DNA of 64,000 bases from Acetatifactor sp. (GCA_045542555.1 JAZQLH010000029.1:122-64121); one strand, 5' to 3'; positions 15,935 through 26,447 are shown, numbered from the stretch's first letter. Notes: generated by a model not told the origin, from the sequence alone. Translations and numbers: made by a program.

Positions 15935-17782
15935 CTATTTCGTTCTCTCCATATAATACATTTCAAAAGGATAGACTGCTATTTGTTGAGAACCGAAGGT
16001 TTCTATCGTATATCCCGCATCAGTCAGTTCGCTTATTTCAACATCATTGATGGGTTCCGGCGTATAATACCAGAACTTGTCATACTCCATTCCCTGGTCC
16101 GTACAGTTTCCGGTGACAATCTCATTGTCCGGGTAGTAATAGTACAATACAGTCCATGCCAGATGTCTCACGCCATTACTTACGAAAACCACATCTTCCG
16201 GCGCCTCGCCTACATAACCCAAAGCCTGTTCAGTAGCCACTTTCTCAGCCTTCACCCGTGTATAAACAGTTTTGTAATTTTGCAGACCAATCACAAGCAT
16301 CGCAAGCATAACCAACACAAGAATTGCCTTTGCGGCCCGATGCAACCATTCCTTTTCAAGCTTTTTACTAAGCTTCTGTACCAGTGCCAGGCTACCGCTG
16401 CTTCCGATCACCAGCATAAGAATCGTCACTGCACACAAAGGATACAGGTATCTTTGGTTCAGAATAGGCCCTATAATCAGGCACAAAATATATGCTGCAA
16501 CCAAGGTTCCCACGATAGTTAACGCTCCCACAGCCACACCATAAGCCTCGTTGGACCACATCTTCAAAGAGGGCTTGTGTATGGAAAGCTCTGTTCGGTC
16601 TTTTCTTTTGGTAATCTTGAAAAAGGAAGACTCAGTCAAAAGAATTGCTCCCAAGAATACCAACAACAGTATCAATATAATTTTGCGGTACTCAGGTCCG
16701 CACAACACCATCTGCAAGCTGTTATCCAGACTCTTGATTTCGGTTTCCCACCAGTTGTTGCTAACACTCTCTGTACTGTGGAACAATCTGGGAAGCCAAG
16801 GAGAATAACCGCCGATGAAACCGATGAGTGCAAGTAATGCCTTTACCCAGGTTTTGCCCTTATAGCGAATGGTTGCTGCCACACCGGTAATGAAGACAAG
16901 CAATCCCGCAGCCATCATGGCATAATAGTGGGAATAGGCTGCCACCAGCCCCCAGATAACCATGCCAAACCAGGCTGCCTTACCGCCACTTAAGACTCTG
17001 TATGCACAATAGTAGCACAGTGCCACGCCCATAAATGCCAGAGCGTACATGCGAACCTCCAGATTATACTGCAGACAGGGTGCCGCCAGACCGCTGACAA
17101 TGATAAAGAATGCCGCTGGGATATTACCAAAACGCTTACGAAGAGGAAACAGCGCCAAAACAATACCTACAAAAAACGGAACCAAAGACGCCAGATGATA
17201 CACAGGGCCTGTGTGACCCAAAACCTCTCCAAACAATTTTAACCAAAAATAGTAAAGAGGCGGATGACTGTCCCAGAAGTAATTTACCTGCATAATACCA
17301 GCCAAAGATTTCTGTGCAGTATTGCCGGAAAAGCATTCGTCACCCCAGAGCACATTGTCAAACATCATGCTTACATTCAGTACAATTACAAGAATTGCCA
17401 GCAGATAAATGCTTGCAGGCATCAAAAATCTCTTCATAAATTTGCCAAAAGCCGTGTTCTCAAACTCTTCCCACTCCACTCGGATGGCAAATTTGCCTGT
17501 GACATACATCCATTCTGCCAAAGCTACTCCAAGAGCTGCCGCTGTCTCTACCAGTATAAATTTGATTACAAAGGTAGGCGATGCGTCCATTTTGGCGGCA
17601 AAGGAAGTGCCCTCATCACAGAGAAAATACATAATAACACTTACTAAAACCAATTGTATCAGAGCATAAAGTGCATATCGTATCAGCCATTCTCTTTTGC
17701 TGATAGTTTCCTTTTTGTGATACGCTTTCCAAATCAGCAAGGGAATCACAGGAAACGTAAGTCCAAATATTAAAGCCTGCAT
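15935..17782 (-). CDS. GT39/ArnT-like polytopic membrane glycosyltransferase
   Basis: 615 aa with many TM segments. Early loop acidic motif WGDECFS, then DSHPPLYYFWLKLFG, typical of PMT_2/ArnT-type enzymes. Confidence 0.7.
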   Translation of the reverse strand: MQALIFGLTFPVIPLLIWKAYHKKETISKREWLIRYALYALIQLVLVSVIMYFLCDEGTSFAAKMDASPTFVIKFILVETAAALGVALAEWMYVTGKFAIRVEWEEFENTAFGKFMKRFLMPASIYLLAILVIVLNVSMMFDNVLWGDECFSGNTAQKSLAGIMQVNYFWDSHPPLYYFWLKLFGEVLGHTGPVYHLASLVPFFVGIVLALFPLRKRFGNIPAAFFIIVSGLAAPCLQYNLEVRMYALAFMGVALCYYCAYRVLSGGKAAWFGMVIWGLVAAYSHYYAMMAAGLLVFITGVAATIRYKGKTWVKALLALIGFIGGYSPWLPRLFHSTESVSNNWWETEIKSLDNSLQMVLCGPEYRKIILILLLVFLGAILLTESSFFKITKRKDRTELSIHKPSLKMWSNEAYGVAVGALTIVGTLVAAYILCLIIGPILNQRYLYPLCAVTILMLVIGSSGSLALVQKLSKKLEKEWLHRAAKAILVLVMLAMLVIGLQNYKTVYTRVKAEKVATEQALGYVGEAPEDVVFVSNGVRHLAWTVLYYYYPDNEIVTGNCTDQGMEYDKFWYYTPEPINDVEISELTDAGYTIETFGSQQIAVYPFEMYYMERTK

Positions 17783-17800
17783 CTTAAGTCCTTTCTAAAA

Positions 17801-19903
17801 TCACTCTTCTGCGTATTTCAATATGGTGCCGGATGTGGGGGGCAGCTCAATGGTAATCTTACCCGTATAAATATCATACTCCTGCCCATTCAGAATATAT
17901 CCGTCACAATTACTCTGCATAATTACCTTCATCTTGCCACTCTTGGGCGTGCCCAGCTCCCAGACAGAAAACTCTCTGGTAACGGGATGGTTGTTGTTGT
18001 TAATTGCAATAATACACTGACTTTCACGGTTAAAACGTCCGTATACCAACAAATTGTAATCCGAATCCACCGGTTTGATGGAACCGGTTTTTAATTCTAT
18101 ATTTTCTTTACGCAGACGAATGATGTCCTTGTGGAACTGAATCAACTCCTGATCCTCTCTGCCCCAAGGGTATGTTCTTCGGCTGTCCGGGTCGGTAAAA
18201 CCGCATAATCCAGCCTCATCGCCATAGTAAATGGTAGGTGCGCCAATCCAAGTCATCTGCATGATGACAGCCTCTCTGAATACAGCCTTGTTCACGTCCT
18301 GATTGGCTGCCTCCGCACCCATGGTATTGATACGTCCAACCTTATGGTTCGTACGGGTCAAGAAACGGGAATGATCATGATTGGAAAGCTCGTTCATGGC
18401 CACCTGCCAGCTGGGCATGGCGAAGCTGCCGGTATGGTGGCGCATTGCGCCCCAGAAGCTGTCTGCATTGCCCAATAAATCCTCTCGGAAATCGTCGCTG
18501 TGCTTCTCCATGCCGGTCAAAAACCAGGTCACGGGCTCCATGAAAGCATCGTAATTCATAACGGTGTCCCACTCATCGCCCTGCAGCCAGTCTCTGGTAT
18601 TGCCGTAATGCTCTGCCAAAACGATGGCATCGGGATTGGCTTCCTTCACGGCCTGACGAAAATCATGCCAAAATTGATGGTTAAAGCTTTGGCTGTGGCC
18701 CAAATCTGCTGCCACATCCAGTCTCCAGCCGTCCGCATTGTATGGGGGAGACACCCATTTACGCCCAATTTCCAAAACATAATTGTAAAGCTCCTTGGAG
18801 GCCTCATAATTGAGCTTGGGCAACGTATCATGTCCCCACCAACCGTCGTAGTTGTTATTGTAGGGCCATGCGTTCTCATTTCTGAAATCAAAATATCTGC
18901 GATAGGGGCTGTCACCGCTGACGTAAGCACCCTTCTCATAACCTTTGGCATCCTCATAGATGCGTTCTTTGTCCATCCACTTATTAAAGGAACCACAATG
19001 ATTGAACACGCCGTCCAGAATCACACGCATGCCTCTCTTGTGGGCTTCCTCCACCACCTTGATGAACAGCTGATTGCTGGCCTCCAGATTCTCCTTGTTG
19101 GTCACACGGTTAATATATTTGGAGGCAAATCGATTCTCCTTCTGTCCGTAAGGCAGAAGTTCACCCTTTTCATCCACAATCTTACCAAAATGAGGGTCAA
19201 TATAATCATAGTCCTGGATATCATACTTATGATTGGAGGGCGATACAAACAACGGATTAAAATAAATAACCTCAACGCCCAAATCCTGCAGGTAATCCAT
19301 CTTATCCAGTACGCCCTGCAAATCGCCGCCATAGAAATTGCGCACATCCATCTGGGCAGGATAGGAATACCAATCCTCCACACGATGTACAGGCTCATTG
19401 ATATAGCAGTACTCATCCGTCAAAACATCATTGGAAGGGTCTCCGTTACAGAAACGATCCACATAAATCTGATACATTACCGCACCCTTGGCCCAATCCG
19501 GCGTCTTAAAACCGGGAATAATCACAAAATCATAATACTCGTTGACGTCCTGTACCAGACCCCGCACGTCAAAATAACCCACAATATGCCCTGTACGAAG
19601 CTCGAAATGATAGGTCAGCTTCTCATTATCCAACTCTACTTCATGTGCATAGAAATCAAAATCCTCCGTGCTCTCTTCCTTCATCATAGGGTACCTCTGT
19701 CCCCGATAAATCAGATACACGCTGTCCACATTATTCTTGGCCGTACGGATTCGAATCGTCACAGGCTCATATGCCGCCGGCTCTGCCGGAGTCACATACT
19801 CCGCAGTCGTATCTGTGTAAATCGCCCTACGATTAAACACGGGCCTCATCCCTGCAATGTACGCCTGATTATATTCCGTCTGCCACAAATTCTCAAAACC
19901 CAT
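17801..19903 (-). CDS. Glycoside hydrolase family 13 (neopullulanase/cyclomaltodextrinase-like alpha-glycosidase)
   Basis: GH13 conserved regions DGVFNHCG, GWRLDVAADL, AEHYGN, NHDHSRF. I prefer ATG 19903 (MGFENLW) to the track start at 19984. Confidence 0.85.
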   Translation of the reverse strand: MGFENLWQTEYNQAYIAGMRPVFNRRAIYTDTTAEYVTPAEPAAYEPVTIRIRTAKNNVDSVYLIYRGQRYPMMKEESTEDFDFYAHEVELDNEKLTYHFELRTGHIVGYFDVRGLVQDVNEYYDFVIIPGFKTPDWAKGAVMYQIYVDRFCNGDPSNDVLTDEYCYINEPVHRVEDWYSYPAQMDVRNFYGGDLQGVLDKMDYLQDLGVEVIYFNPLFVSPSNHKYDIQDYDYIDPHFGKIVDEKGELLPYGQKENRFASKYINRVTNKENLEASNQLFIKVVEEAHKRGMRVILDGVFNHCGSFNKWMDKERIYEDAKGYEKGAYVSGDSPYRRYFDFRNENAWPYNNNYDGWWGHDTLPKLNYEASKELYNYVLEIGRKWVSPPYNADGWRLDVAADLGHSQSFNHQFWHDFRQAVKEANPDAIVLAEHYGNTRDWLQGDEWDTVMNYDAFMEPVTWFLTGMEKHSDDFREDLLGNADSFWGAMRHHTGSFAMPSWQVAMNELSNHDHSRFLTRTNHKVGRINTMGAEAANQDVNKAVFREAVIMQMTWIGAPTIYYGDEAGLCGFTDPDSRRTYPWGREDQELIQFHKDIIRLRKENIELKTGSIKPVDSDYNLLVYGRFNRESQCIIAINNNNHPVTREFSVWELGTPKSGKMKVIMQSNCDGYILNGQEYDIYTGKITIELPPTSGTILKYAEE

Positions 19904-20080
19904 GGTTTGCTTCCCTTTCTGACATGTACTTTCAAAGTACACAACCATTACCCCTATTTTACCTAAAAACCCCACCCTTTTCAATACTTTAGTCTCGATT
20001 CTCTTCTTGGAGAGATGTGTATATCTGATTGGGGCACTTTACAGATACCCCCAAGAAGACAATCGAGACATTTGGGCAGT

Positions 20081-20106
20081 AAAAAAGACAGCCGGGTAGC
20101 TGCCTT
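20081..20106 (-). terminator. Rho-independent terminator downstream of ftsH
   Basis: On the minus strand, AGGCAGC-TACCCG-GCTGTCT (one G.U pair) followed by TTTTTT. Confidence 0.5.
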
Positions 20107-20266
20107 TTTCAGAGAAGGTATTTCTTACTTATGGGGTATAGCAAAAAACTATAATGTATTGGGGGGGTTACGCTTATTATAATAGCACCGACCCTACATT
20201 TTTACTAGACTCAAAATTCACAAATATTACAAAAACCCATATCTGTTTTTGTGCATTTTTCACATA

Positions 20267-22078
20267 TTATGCAGGAAATAATGCCTCAAACTCCTTACGG
20301 GTAATCTTTTCTTTCTCCAAAAGAAGCTCTGCACAGGCATGCAGTACATCCATATGCTGAGAAATAATTTCCTTAGCCTTTGCGTAGCAATCATCCACAA
20401 TAGACTTTACTTCCTTGTCAATCTCAGCGGATATTGCCTCGCTGTGACCCTTAGCCTGGGCCAGATCACGACCGATAAACACCTCACCCTGCTCGTCATC
20501 ATAGCAGATTACACCAATATTTTCGGACATACCATAGCGGGTTACCATTCTGCGGGCAACCTTGGTAGCACGCTTGATATCGCTTGATGCGCCGGTGGTA
20601 ATATCACCGAAAATCAGTTCCTCAGCAATTCTACCGCCCAGGGATACCTGAATATCCTGAAGCATTCGGCTCTTAGTAAGGAACATTTCATCTTTCTCAG
20701 GCAGTGGCATGGTATAGCCTGCTGCGCCGGAGCTTGTAGGAACAATAGACACCGTATATACAGGTCCCACATCGGGAAGCACATGGAACAAAATCGCATG
20801 ACCTGCCTCATGATATGCGGTAATTTTTTTCTCCTTGTCAGAAATCACACGGCTCTTCTTCTCGGTTCCGATACCTACCTTAACGAAAGCATCCTGAATA
20901 TCCTTCTGAACTACAAAGCCGCGGCCTTCCTTGGCTGCATTAATAGCGGATTCATTCAAAAGGTTCTCCAGGTCCGCACCGGTAAAGCCTGCAGTAGTCT
21001 GAGCAATCTGCTTTAAATCCACATCCTCTGCCAGGGGTTTATTCTTGGCGTGAACCTGTAAAATCTCTTCACGTCCCTTTACGTCAGGAGGTGAAACAGC
21101 TACCTTACGGTCAAATCGACCGGGACGCATAATTGCAGGGTCCAGAATATCCACACGGTTGGTTGCCGCCAACACGATGATTCCCTCGTTGACACCGAAA
21201 CCATCCATCTCTACCAGCAACTGGTTCAGGGTCTGCTCTCTCTCATCATGGCCACCGCCCATACCGGTACCACGGATACGAGCAACAGCGTCAATCTCAT
21301 CAATAAACACGATACAAGGTGCATTGTGCTTAGCTTCCTCAAACAAATCACGGACACGGGATGCACCCACACCTACAAACATCTCTACAAAATCAGAACC
21401 GGAAATACTAAAGAAAGGAACACCTGCCTCACCTGCTACAGCCTTGGCAAGAAGGGTTTTACCTGTTCCGGGAGGTCCCTCCAAAAGTACACCCTTCGGG
21501 ATTCTTGCTCCCACCTTATTGTACTTGCCGGGATCTTTTAAGAAATCCACGATTTCTGCCAGCTCCTGCTTTTCCTCCTGCATGCCTGCAACCTTGTCAA
21601 AGGTGGTCTCTTTATCACCCATGGACATCTTGGCACGGCTCTTGCCGAAGTTCATCATCTTGCTGTTACCGCCGCCTCCGGCGCTATGAGCGTTCATCAT
21701 CATAAAGAAAAATGCGCCCACTGCGAGTACAATCAAAAGAGGTACCAGGCTGGTCAGTACCCAGCTTTCTCTCTGTACATCCTCTGTGTATGGATCATAT
21801 CCGTATTCACGAACTAATTCCTCCGCCACACGGATATCTGTTACATATAATCGCTTTTCCGCACCGTTTTCAAGTTCAACTGTCAAATAACCGGTAGGGG
21901 TTTCACTATTTGGCTGTATGGTAATTTCCTTGACATTCTGAGCTACCATATCAGCCACTAACTCATTCTGTGTATACCCATCACCCTGATTTTTAAACAC
22001 ATTAAGGCCGATAATCAGTACCAACAGAATAACAAACCAAATAATATAAGAATTAATGCTTCTTCCGTTCTGTTTCAA
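20267..22078 (-). CDS. ftsH: ATP-dependent zinc metalloprotease FtsH
   Basis: N-terminal TM segments, Walker [24 protein letters not shown], zinc motif HEAGHA. Confidence 0.97.
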   Translation of the reverse strand: MKQNGRSINSYIIWFVILLVLIIGLNVFKNQGDGYTQNELVADMVAQNVKEITIQPNSETPTGYLTVELENGAEKRLYVTDIRVAEELVREYGYDPYTEDVQRESWVLTSLVPLLIVLAVGAFFFMMMNAHSAGGGGNSKMMNFGKSRAKMSMGDKETTFDKVAGMQEEKQELAEIVDFLKDPGKYNKVGARIPKGVLLEGPPGTGKTLLAKAVAGEAGVPFFSISGSDFVEMFVGVGASRVRDLFEEAKHNAPCIVFIDEIDAVARIRGTGMGGGHDEREQTLNQLLVEMDGFGVNEGIIVLAATNRVDILDPAIMRPGRFDRKVAVSPPDVKGREEILQVHAKNKPLAEDVDLKQIAQTTAGFTGADLENLLNESAINAAKEGRGFVVQKDIQDAFVKVGIGTEKKSRVISDKEKKITAYHEAGHAILFHVLPDVGPVYTVSIVPTSSGAAGYTMPLPEKDEMFLTKSRMLQDIQVSLGGRIAEELIFGDITTGASSDIKRATKVARRMVTRYGMSENIGVICYDDEQGEVFIGRDLAQAKGHSEAISAEIDKEVKSIVDDCYAKAKEIISQHMDVLHACAELLLEKEKITRKEFEALFPA

Positions 22079-22100
22079 TTTACTTTACTCCTGCTTCGTT

Positions 22101-22625
22101 TTAATCAAATTCTACAACTCCGATATAGGGAAGATTTCGATATTTCTGATCGTAATCCAGACCATATCCCACAACAAACTCATCCGGAATCTGGAATCCT
22201 GTGTAATCCACATCCACATCCACCACTCGTCTGTCGGGCTTATCCAACAGAGTGCACAGTCTCATGGTAGCCGGTCCGCGACCCTGAAGCATCTCCAACA
22301 GATAACTCAGTGTCCGTCCGCTGTCCACAATATCCTCCACCACAATCACATCCTTGTCCTTGATGGACTCATCCAAATCCTTTACAATCTTTACCACGCC
22401 GCTGGACTTCGTATCGCCTCCGTAACTGGAAACGGACATAAAGTCCATGGTTACGGGAACAGTAATGCGCTTCGCCAGCTCACACATAAAAAAGCTGCCG
22501 CCCTTTAACACGCAAATCAAATGAACCTCTCTATCATAATAATCCTTGCTGATTTGTTCACCAATCTGTTTAATACGCGCATCTACTTCCTCTTCCGATA
22601 AAAGCATCTTAATACGTTCCATCAT
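22101..22625 (-). CDS. hpt: Hypoxanthine phosphoribosyltransferase
   Basis: PRPP-binding motif VIVVEDIVDSGRTLSYL. Sits in the conserved tilS-hpt-ftsH order. I prefer ATG 22625 (RBS GGAGGAAG). Confidence 0.93.
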   Translation of the reverse strand: MMERIKMLLSEEEVDARIKQIGEQISKDYYDREVHLICVLKGGSFFMCELAKRITVPVTMDFMSVSSYGGDTKSSGVVKIVKDLDESIKDKDVIVVEDIVDSGRTLSYLLEMLQGRGPATMRLCTLLDKPDRRVVDVDVDYTGFQIPDEFVVGYGLDYDQKYRNLPYIGVVEFD

Positions 22626-24027
22626 TTTCTTCCTCCGTATAATCACTCTTATTGTCTGATATTAATTGTACCTGCAAAATCCGTTTTGTATTCTCATTAA
22701 CCTTGTAATATTCGCTGATACGATATCCCAAAAGCCAAAGCACATGAGAATCTATTGCCAGCAAAGGTACATTATTCCGTTCTCTTGCCGGAATTTTCGC
22801 TGTCACCATGTAATCCTTGATTTTCTTGTGACAAAGCTTTCCCTGACCGTCTCGGATGGTCAGATAATCACCAATCTCCCGGGTTCGTATAACCGGCGAT
22901 TTCTCTATTTTATCATAGTCAAACCATTTCGTATACTGATTTTGTGGAAAAATCAATGTTTTTTCACGATTTCTTGGCAAATCTGATGCATCAAGCACTT
23001 GAAAAACAACCTGAATATTCTCTAGAGGATTAGATAAATTGTCATTCACCGATTCCTGATGTAAGTAAATGGTTTCATATTCTCTGCGAGCCATAATGCC
23101 ACGAGGTAAATTTAGCTGCCGATTTCCCTCCGTAATACATAGCTCATATAACAAATCCACATGTACCCGGGCAAGGTCTTTTGCTCCGGCCATGCATCCA
23201 AGCAGCTTAAAAAGCAACCTTTTTTGAATAGCCGGATGAAGCTTTCCAAAACTGTTACAATCCAGCTCGTACCGCCCTTGCTTCTCTGCGACACACTTCT
23301 CTATGGCGTCTTTTGTCTGTCCCTTTAAATAGTCCTCTGTCTCGGCTAAAATCTCTGCCGTCTGTCCCATACTCTGCACACAGCCCGGTGCAATGTTCAT
23401 CCGGGCATAATCCAAAATATGATGACGAATACGATTCCGTGTATAGTCATCACCTTCATTGGTGACATCGTGGCAGTAATTCTGACCAATTTGTGAAAGA
23501 TACGCTTCTATTTCAGGCCGTTGCACACACAGAAGAGGTCTGATAATTTTGCCTCTTACCGGCGCAATACCCGTAAGACCTTTTAAACCGCTTCCCCGAA
23601 AGAGATTAAAAAGCATGGTCTCTGCAAGGTCATTTTGATTGTGGGCCACTGCAATCTTGGTAGCCCCTGTTTCCTCCGCTACTTCCTCAAAGACCTGATA
23701 GCGGAAATTCCTGCCGGCTTCCTCCTCAGAGCATTTGTGTTCCTTGGCAAGCTTGGGAATATCCGCACATTTCAGATAAAATGGAATATCAAATCTCTTG
23801 CACAGATTTTCCACAAACATAGCATCTTCATCTGCCTTAAGTCGGATTCCATGATTTACATGAACCACTTCAAGCTCAAGACCATATTTTTCCCTCCAAT
23901 TAAGCAACACAAACAAGAGGCAAACAGAGTCTGCCCCTCCGGAAATTCCGGCCACCACCCGCTCTCCGGGCAGTAGCATTTGATGTTCCTCCATGTAGGT
24001 AAAAATTTTGCTCTCTAATGCTTTCAT
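22609..24027 (-). CDS. tilS: tRNA(Ile)-lysidine synthase
   Basis: PP-loop motif SGGADSVCL near the N-terminus. 472 aa. Synteny with hpt and ftsH. Confidence 0.93.
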   Translation of the reverse strand: MKALESKIFTYMEEHQMLLPGERVVAGISGGADSVCLLFVLLNWREKYGLELEVVHVNHGIRLKADEDAMFVENLCKRFDIPFYLKCADIPKLAKEHKCSEEEAGRNFRYQVFEEVAEETGATKIAVAHNQNDLAETMLFNLFRGSGLKGLTGIAPVRGKIIRPLLCVQRPEIEAYLSQIGQNYCHDVTNEGDDYTRNRIRHHILDYARMNIAPGCVQSMGQTAEILAETEDYLKGQTKDAIEKCVAEKQGRYELDCNSFGKLHPAIQKRLLFKLLGCMAGAKDLARVHVDLLYELCITEGNRQLNLPRGIMARREYETIYLHQESVNDNLSNPLENIQVVFQVLDASDLPRNREKTLIFPQNQYTKWFDYDKIEKSPVIRTREIGDYLTIRDGQGKLCHKKIKDYMVTAKIPARERNNVPLLAIDSHVLWLLGYRISEYYKVNENTKRILQVQLISDNKSDYTEEENDGTY

Positions 24028-24065
24028 ATACAGTAAATTTATCGTAATTTAGAATAAAAAGCAAG

Positions 24066-25271
24066 CTAAACTGCCGCATTTTCCCAGATTCCGGCCACAA
24101 GTATGGTCATATCATCCAAAATGTGACCTCCGCAGGACATAAGTGCTACCTCCATAAGCTTTTCCGCAATTTCGCCCGGACATACATCCTTCATGTCACC
24201 GATGGCATAGGAAAGTACATCCTCAAAATTCTCCTCACCAAAAGCCTCCAGCACACCGTCTGTCATCATAATTACATAATCTCCGTCGCAAAGCTGCCTC
24301 TCTATTCCTTGGGCATCAATACTTCTGAATATACCCAAAGGGAGGCTTCCCTGACTGACCGACTCCACCTTCTCATCATGTTTGATAAAGGAAACTGCTC
24401 CGCCCACCTTACAGAAGCTACAACTGCCGTCATACAAATTCAAATCGCATATATCCAACGTTGGATGGCTGTACTCCCTGTCTCCTGCAAAAAAAGCCAC
24501 ATTTACCATATCTATGGCTGCTTCCCGTTCATAGCCTGCCTCTAAAAGCTTTTCTAACAAATCCAACACACGTTCACTATCCTTGCTGGCCTGCTCTCCT
24601 GAACCCGTGCCGTCGGACAAAATCAAGGACAATCGCCCTTTTTCAGATTCCAAAATGGAATAATGGTCCCCGGATATTGTCTCGTTTTCCTTCACCACCT
24701 TGCAAAACCCGGTAAGGGCCACATATTTAGGCTCCTCCACAAAGACAAAACTGCGGGGCGTTTCATCTATTGTATACGGGCTCGTGGCGGAGAGCTGGAG
24801 TTTTCTGTCCAAAAGCACAGATAACATATTTACCACCTGTGTGGCCGGATATCCGCCCGTCTTGTCCGTATGTAAAATCATACTAATGGCACGGATATCT
24901 TCTATTTTTTCATCCAGATAACAAAACTGCTCCGCATAAATACTTTCCGCCCGCAGTGCATGTATCAACAGCTTACGGTATCGCTCCTCTATGGGCCGAC
25001 AATTAGAAAGCTCTCTGGCAAGCCCCGCCATAATCCGGGCCACTTCGCTTAAATTATGGCTAATTAGCAGTCTGTTCTCCACTGCCCTTTGTTCCTCCAA
25101 AACCTTTTGTCTGTCCATACTCTCCCGCTCCACAGGCTCCGTATCCTCCAGACTTTTGGCTAATTCCCGAAAGCTTTCCGCATAATGCAAAAGCTTTTCC
25201 CGATAAAGCTGAGGAATCCGGATACTATCCGCTGCCTCTGGTTTATTCCATCGATTTAATGCTGTAATCAT
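24066..25271 (-). CDS. SpoIIE-family PP2C phosphatase lacking the N-terminal multi-TM domain
   Basis: PP2C motifs ISGDHYSI and LSDGTGSGEQAS. It occupies the spoIIE position upstream of tilS, but is only 401 aa with no hydrophobic N-terminal region. Confidence 0.8.
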   Translation of the reverse strand: MITALNRWNKPEAADSIRIPQLYREKLLHYAESFRELAKSLEDTEPVERESMDRQKVLEEQRAVENRLLISHNLSEVARIMAGLARELSNCRPIEERYRKLLIHALRAESIYAEQFCYLDEKIEDIRAISMILHTDKTGGYPATQVVNMLSVLLDRKLQLSATSPYTIDETPRSFVFVEEPKYVALTGFCKVVKENETISGDHYSILESEKGRLSLILSDGTGSGEQASKDSERVLDLLEKLLEAGYEREAAIDMVNVAFFAGDREYSHPTLDICDLNLYDGSCSFCKVGGAVSFIKHDEKVESVSQGSLPLGIFRSIDAQGIERQLCDGDYVIMMTDGVLEAFGEENFEDVLSYAIGDMKDVCPGEIAEKLMEVALMSCGGHILDDMTILVAGIWENAAV

Positions 25272-25370
25272 ACCTTGCTCCTTCCCTTTTTTCGTCGTGA
25301 AGTCTAGTATAATCAGCCCTGTCCACGGTTTTTGTCAAAAGATAGACCGTCTTCCTTAAGATTTTGCGAC

Positions 25371-25400
25371 AAAAAAACCGGAGCCCTCTTCATGCTCCGG
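25371..25400 (-). terminator. Rho-independent terminator after divIC
   Basis: On the minus strand, CCGGAGC-atgaagagg-GCTCCGG followed by TTTTTTT. Confidence 0.7.
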
Positions 25401-25718
25401 TTAATCCTCTTCTTGAAATACAATCTCACCTTCATACACAAGTCCCAGCTTTTCCATAGCAATTTCCTCAATATAGCCCGCTGTCTGTGTGTATTTACGA
25501 AATACCTCTATCTCCTCGGCCCGTTTCTCCTCATCGGCAATCTGTTGCTTTAACTGTGCTTCTTTAGTCTTGTACTCGTCCAGCCGTTGATTCAGCTCCA
25601 CACTTCGAATTGCCACCACTACGGTTATCAACGAAATCACTATAATAACCAAAACCATGCTGAAACGGTTCTGATTCGGCTTACGATATGCCGCTTTCTT
25701 TCTTGTCTCTTTGGCCAT
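25401..25718 (-). CDS. divIC: Septum formation initiator (FtsB/DivIC family)
   Basis: 105 aa with a basic N-terminus, one TM segment, a coiled coil, and C-terminal EKLGLVYEGEIVF. Confidence 0.8.
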   Translation of the reverse strand: MAKETRKKAAYRKPNQNRFSMVLVIIVISLITVVVAIRSVELNQRLDEYKTKEAQLKQQIADEEKRAEEIEVFRKYTQTAGYIEEIAMEKLGLVYEGEIVFQEED

Positions 25719-26145
25719 TGTGACACCTTCCTTTTATGTTCATTTTAAGTACTTTCCCAAGGAACGTCAACTTTTTTTTCAGCCTCCGCAATACCTTAAG
25801 CACAGGACGTAACAAAATGAAAAGGATTTTAATCAATATTTCCAACAATTTCCCAAGTAGCAGGGAAGCATACTTAATCAAAATAGGACTGACCAGCTTT
25901 AAATAAAGAAACATACCGCCAAGTGCGCCACATATGGCAAACCACCGAAGCGTTCCGTTACTTTCATGATACATCAAAAGAAATACTTCCACAGCACAAT
26001 AAATCCAGAATCCCATATCCTCCAAGGATGTCAGAAAATCCTTATGAGGAATTACCCTGCGGATAACCCTGAGAATATCATACACAAAGGTAATGTAAAT
26101 GCCCATGTAAAAAGCATGGAGCATAAATCCGGTCTCCGTAGTCAT
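25681..26145 (-). CDS. yabQ: Spore cortex biosynthesis protein YabQ
   Basis: Membrane protein with FYMGIYITFVYDILRVIRRVIP, a YabQ-type motif. Synteny with yabP and divIC. Confidence 0.75.
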   Translation of the reverse strand: MTTETGFMLHAFYMGIYITFVYDILRVIRRVIPHKDFLTSLEDMGFWIYCAVEVFLLMYHESNGTLRWFAICGALGGMFLYLKLVSPILIKYASLLLGKLLEILIKILFILLRPVLKVLRRLKKKLTFLGKVLKMNIKGRCHNGQRDKKESGIS

Positions 26146-26156
26146 CTGCTGCCCTC

Positions 26157-26447
26157 CTACCTAAACAGCTTGGCAAGCAATGACTCTCCCTTATGACCCG
26201 GCCCCCCGGATACATCGGAATAGGTAAAACTGTCTATTTTGCCGTCTACATCCACTTCTCCCTTATCTAGTGTCAGTCTGCTGACATGCAAATCGTCACC
26301 TCGAATCATTAGCATTCCCTGCTCCGTCTCAAGCAAAACCTCATGAATATCAAAGGATAACACATCATTAACCCCGGTAAGAGTACAATTCCTGCGATTG
26401 GTCATTGTAACCTTATGCATACGGGCTGTAGCATGTAAATCTTCCAT
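26157..26447 (-). CDS. yabP: Sporulation protein YabP
   Basis: 96 aa. HKVTMTNRRNCTLTGVNDVLSFDIHEVLLETEQGMLMIRGDDLHVSRL matches the YabP family pattern. Confidence 0.85.
   Translation of the reverse strand: MEDLHATARMHKVTMTNRRNCTLTGVNDVLSFDIHEVLLETEQGMLMIRGDDLHVSRLTLDKGEVDVDGKIDSFTYSDVSGGPGHKGESLLAKLFR

Noticed and set aside
15684-16050. Short plus-strand ORFs (15684-15866, 15778-16050) over the tRNA region
   Set aside because: They overlap two well-folding tRNA genes and their promoter, so they are not credible coding regions.
18500-19966. 488-aa plus-strand ORF
   Set aside because: It is antisense to the GH13 gene, which carries all four conserved GH13 regions. The translation is Ile/Leu/His-rich junk.
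20155-20175. A G7 homopolymer run (20161-20167) between ftsH and GH13 as a possible phase-variation tract
   Set aside because: It is intergenic and not positioned between recognisable -35/-10 boxes or inside a coding frame. There is no supporting evidence.
21159-21689. 176-aa plus-strand ORF inside ftsH
   Set aside because: It is antisense to the unmistakable FtsH AAA+ domain and its composition is Pro/Ser-rich.
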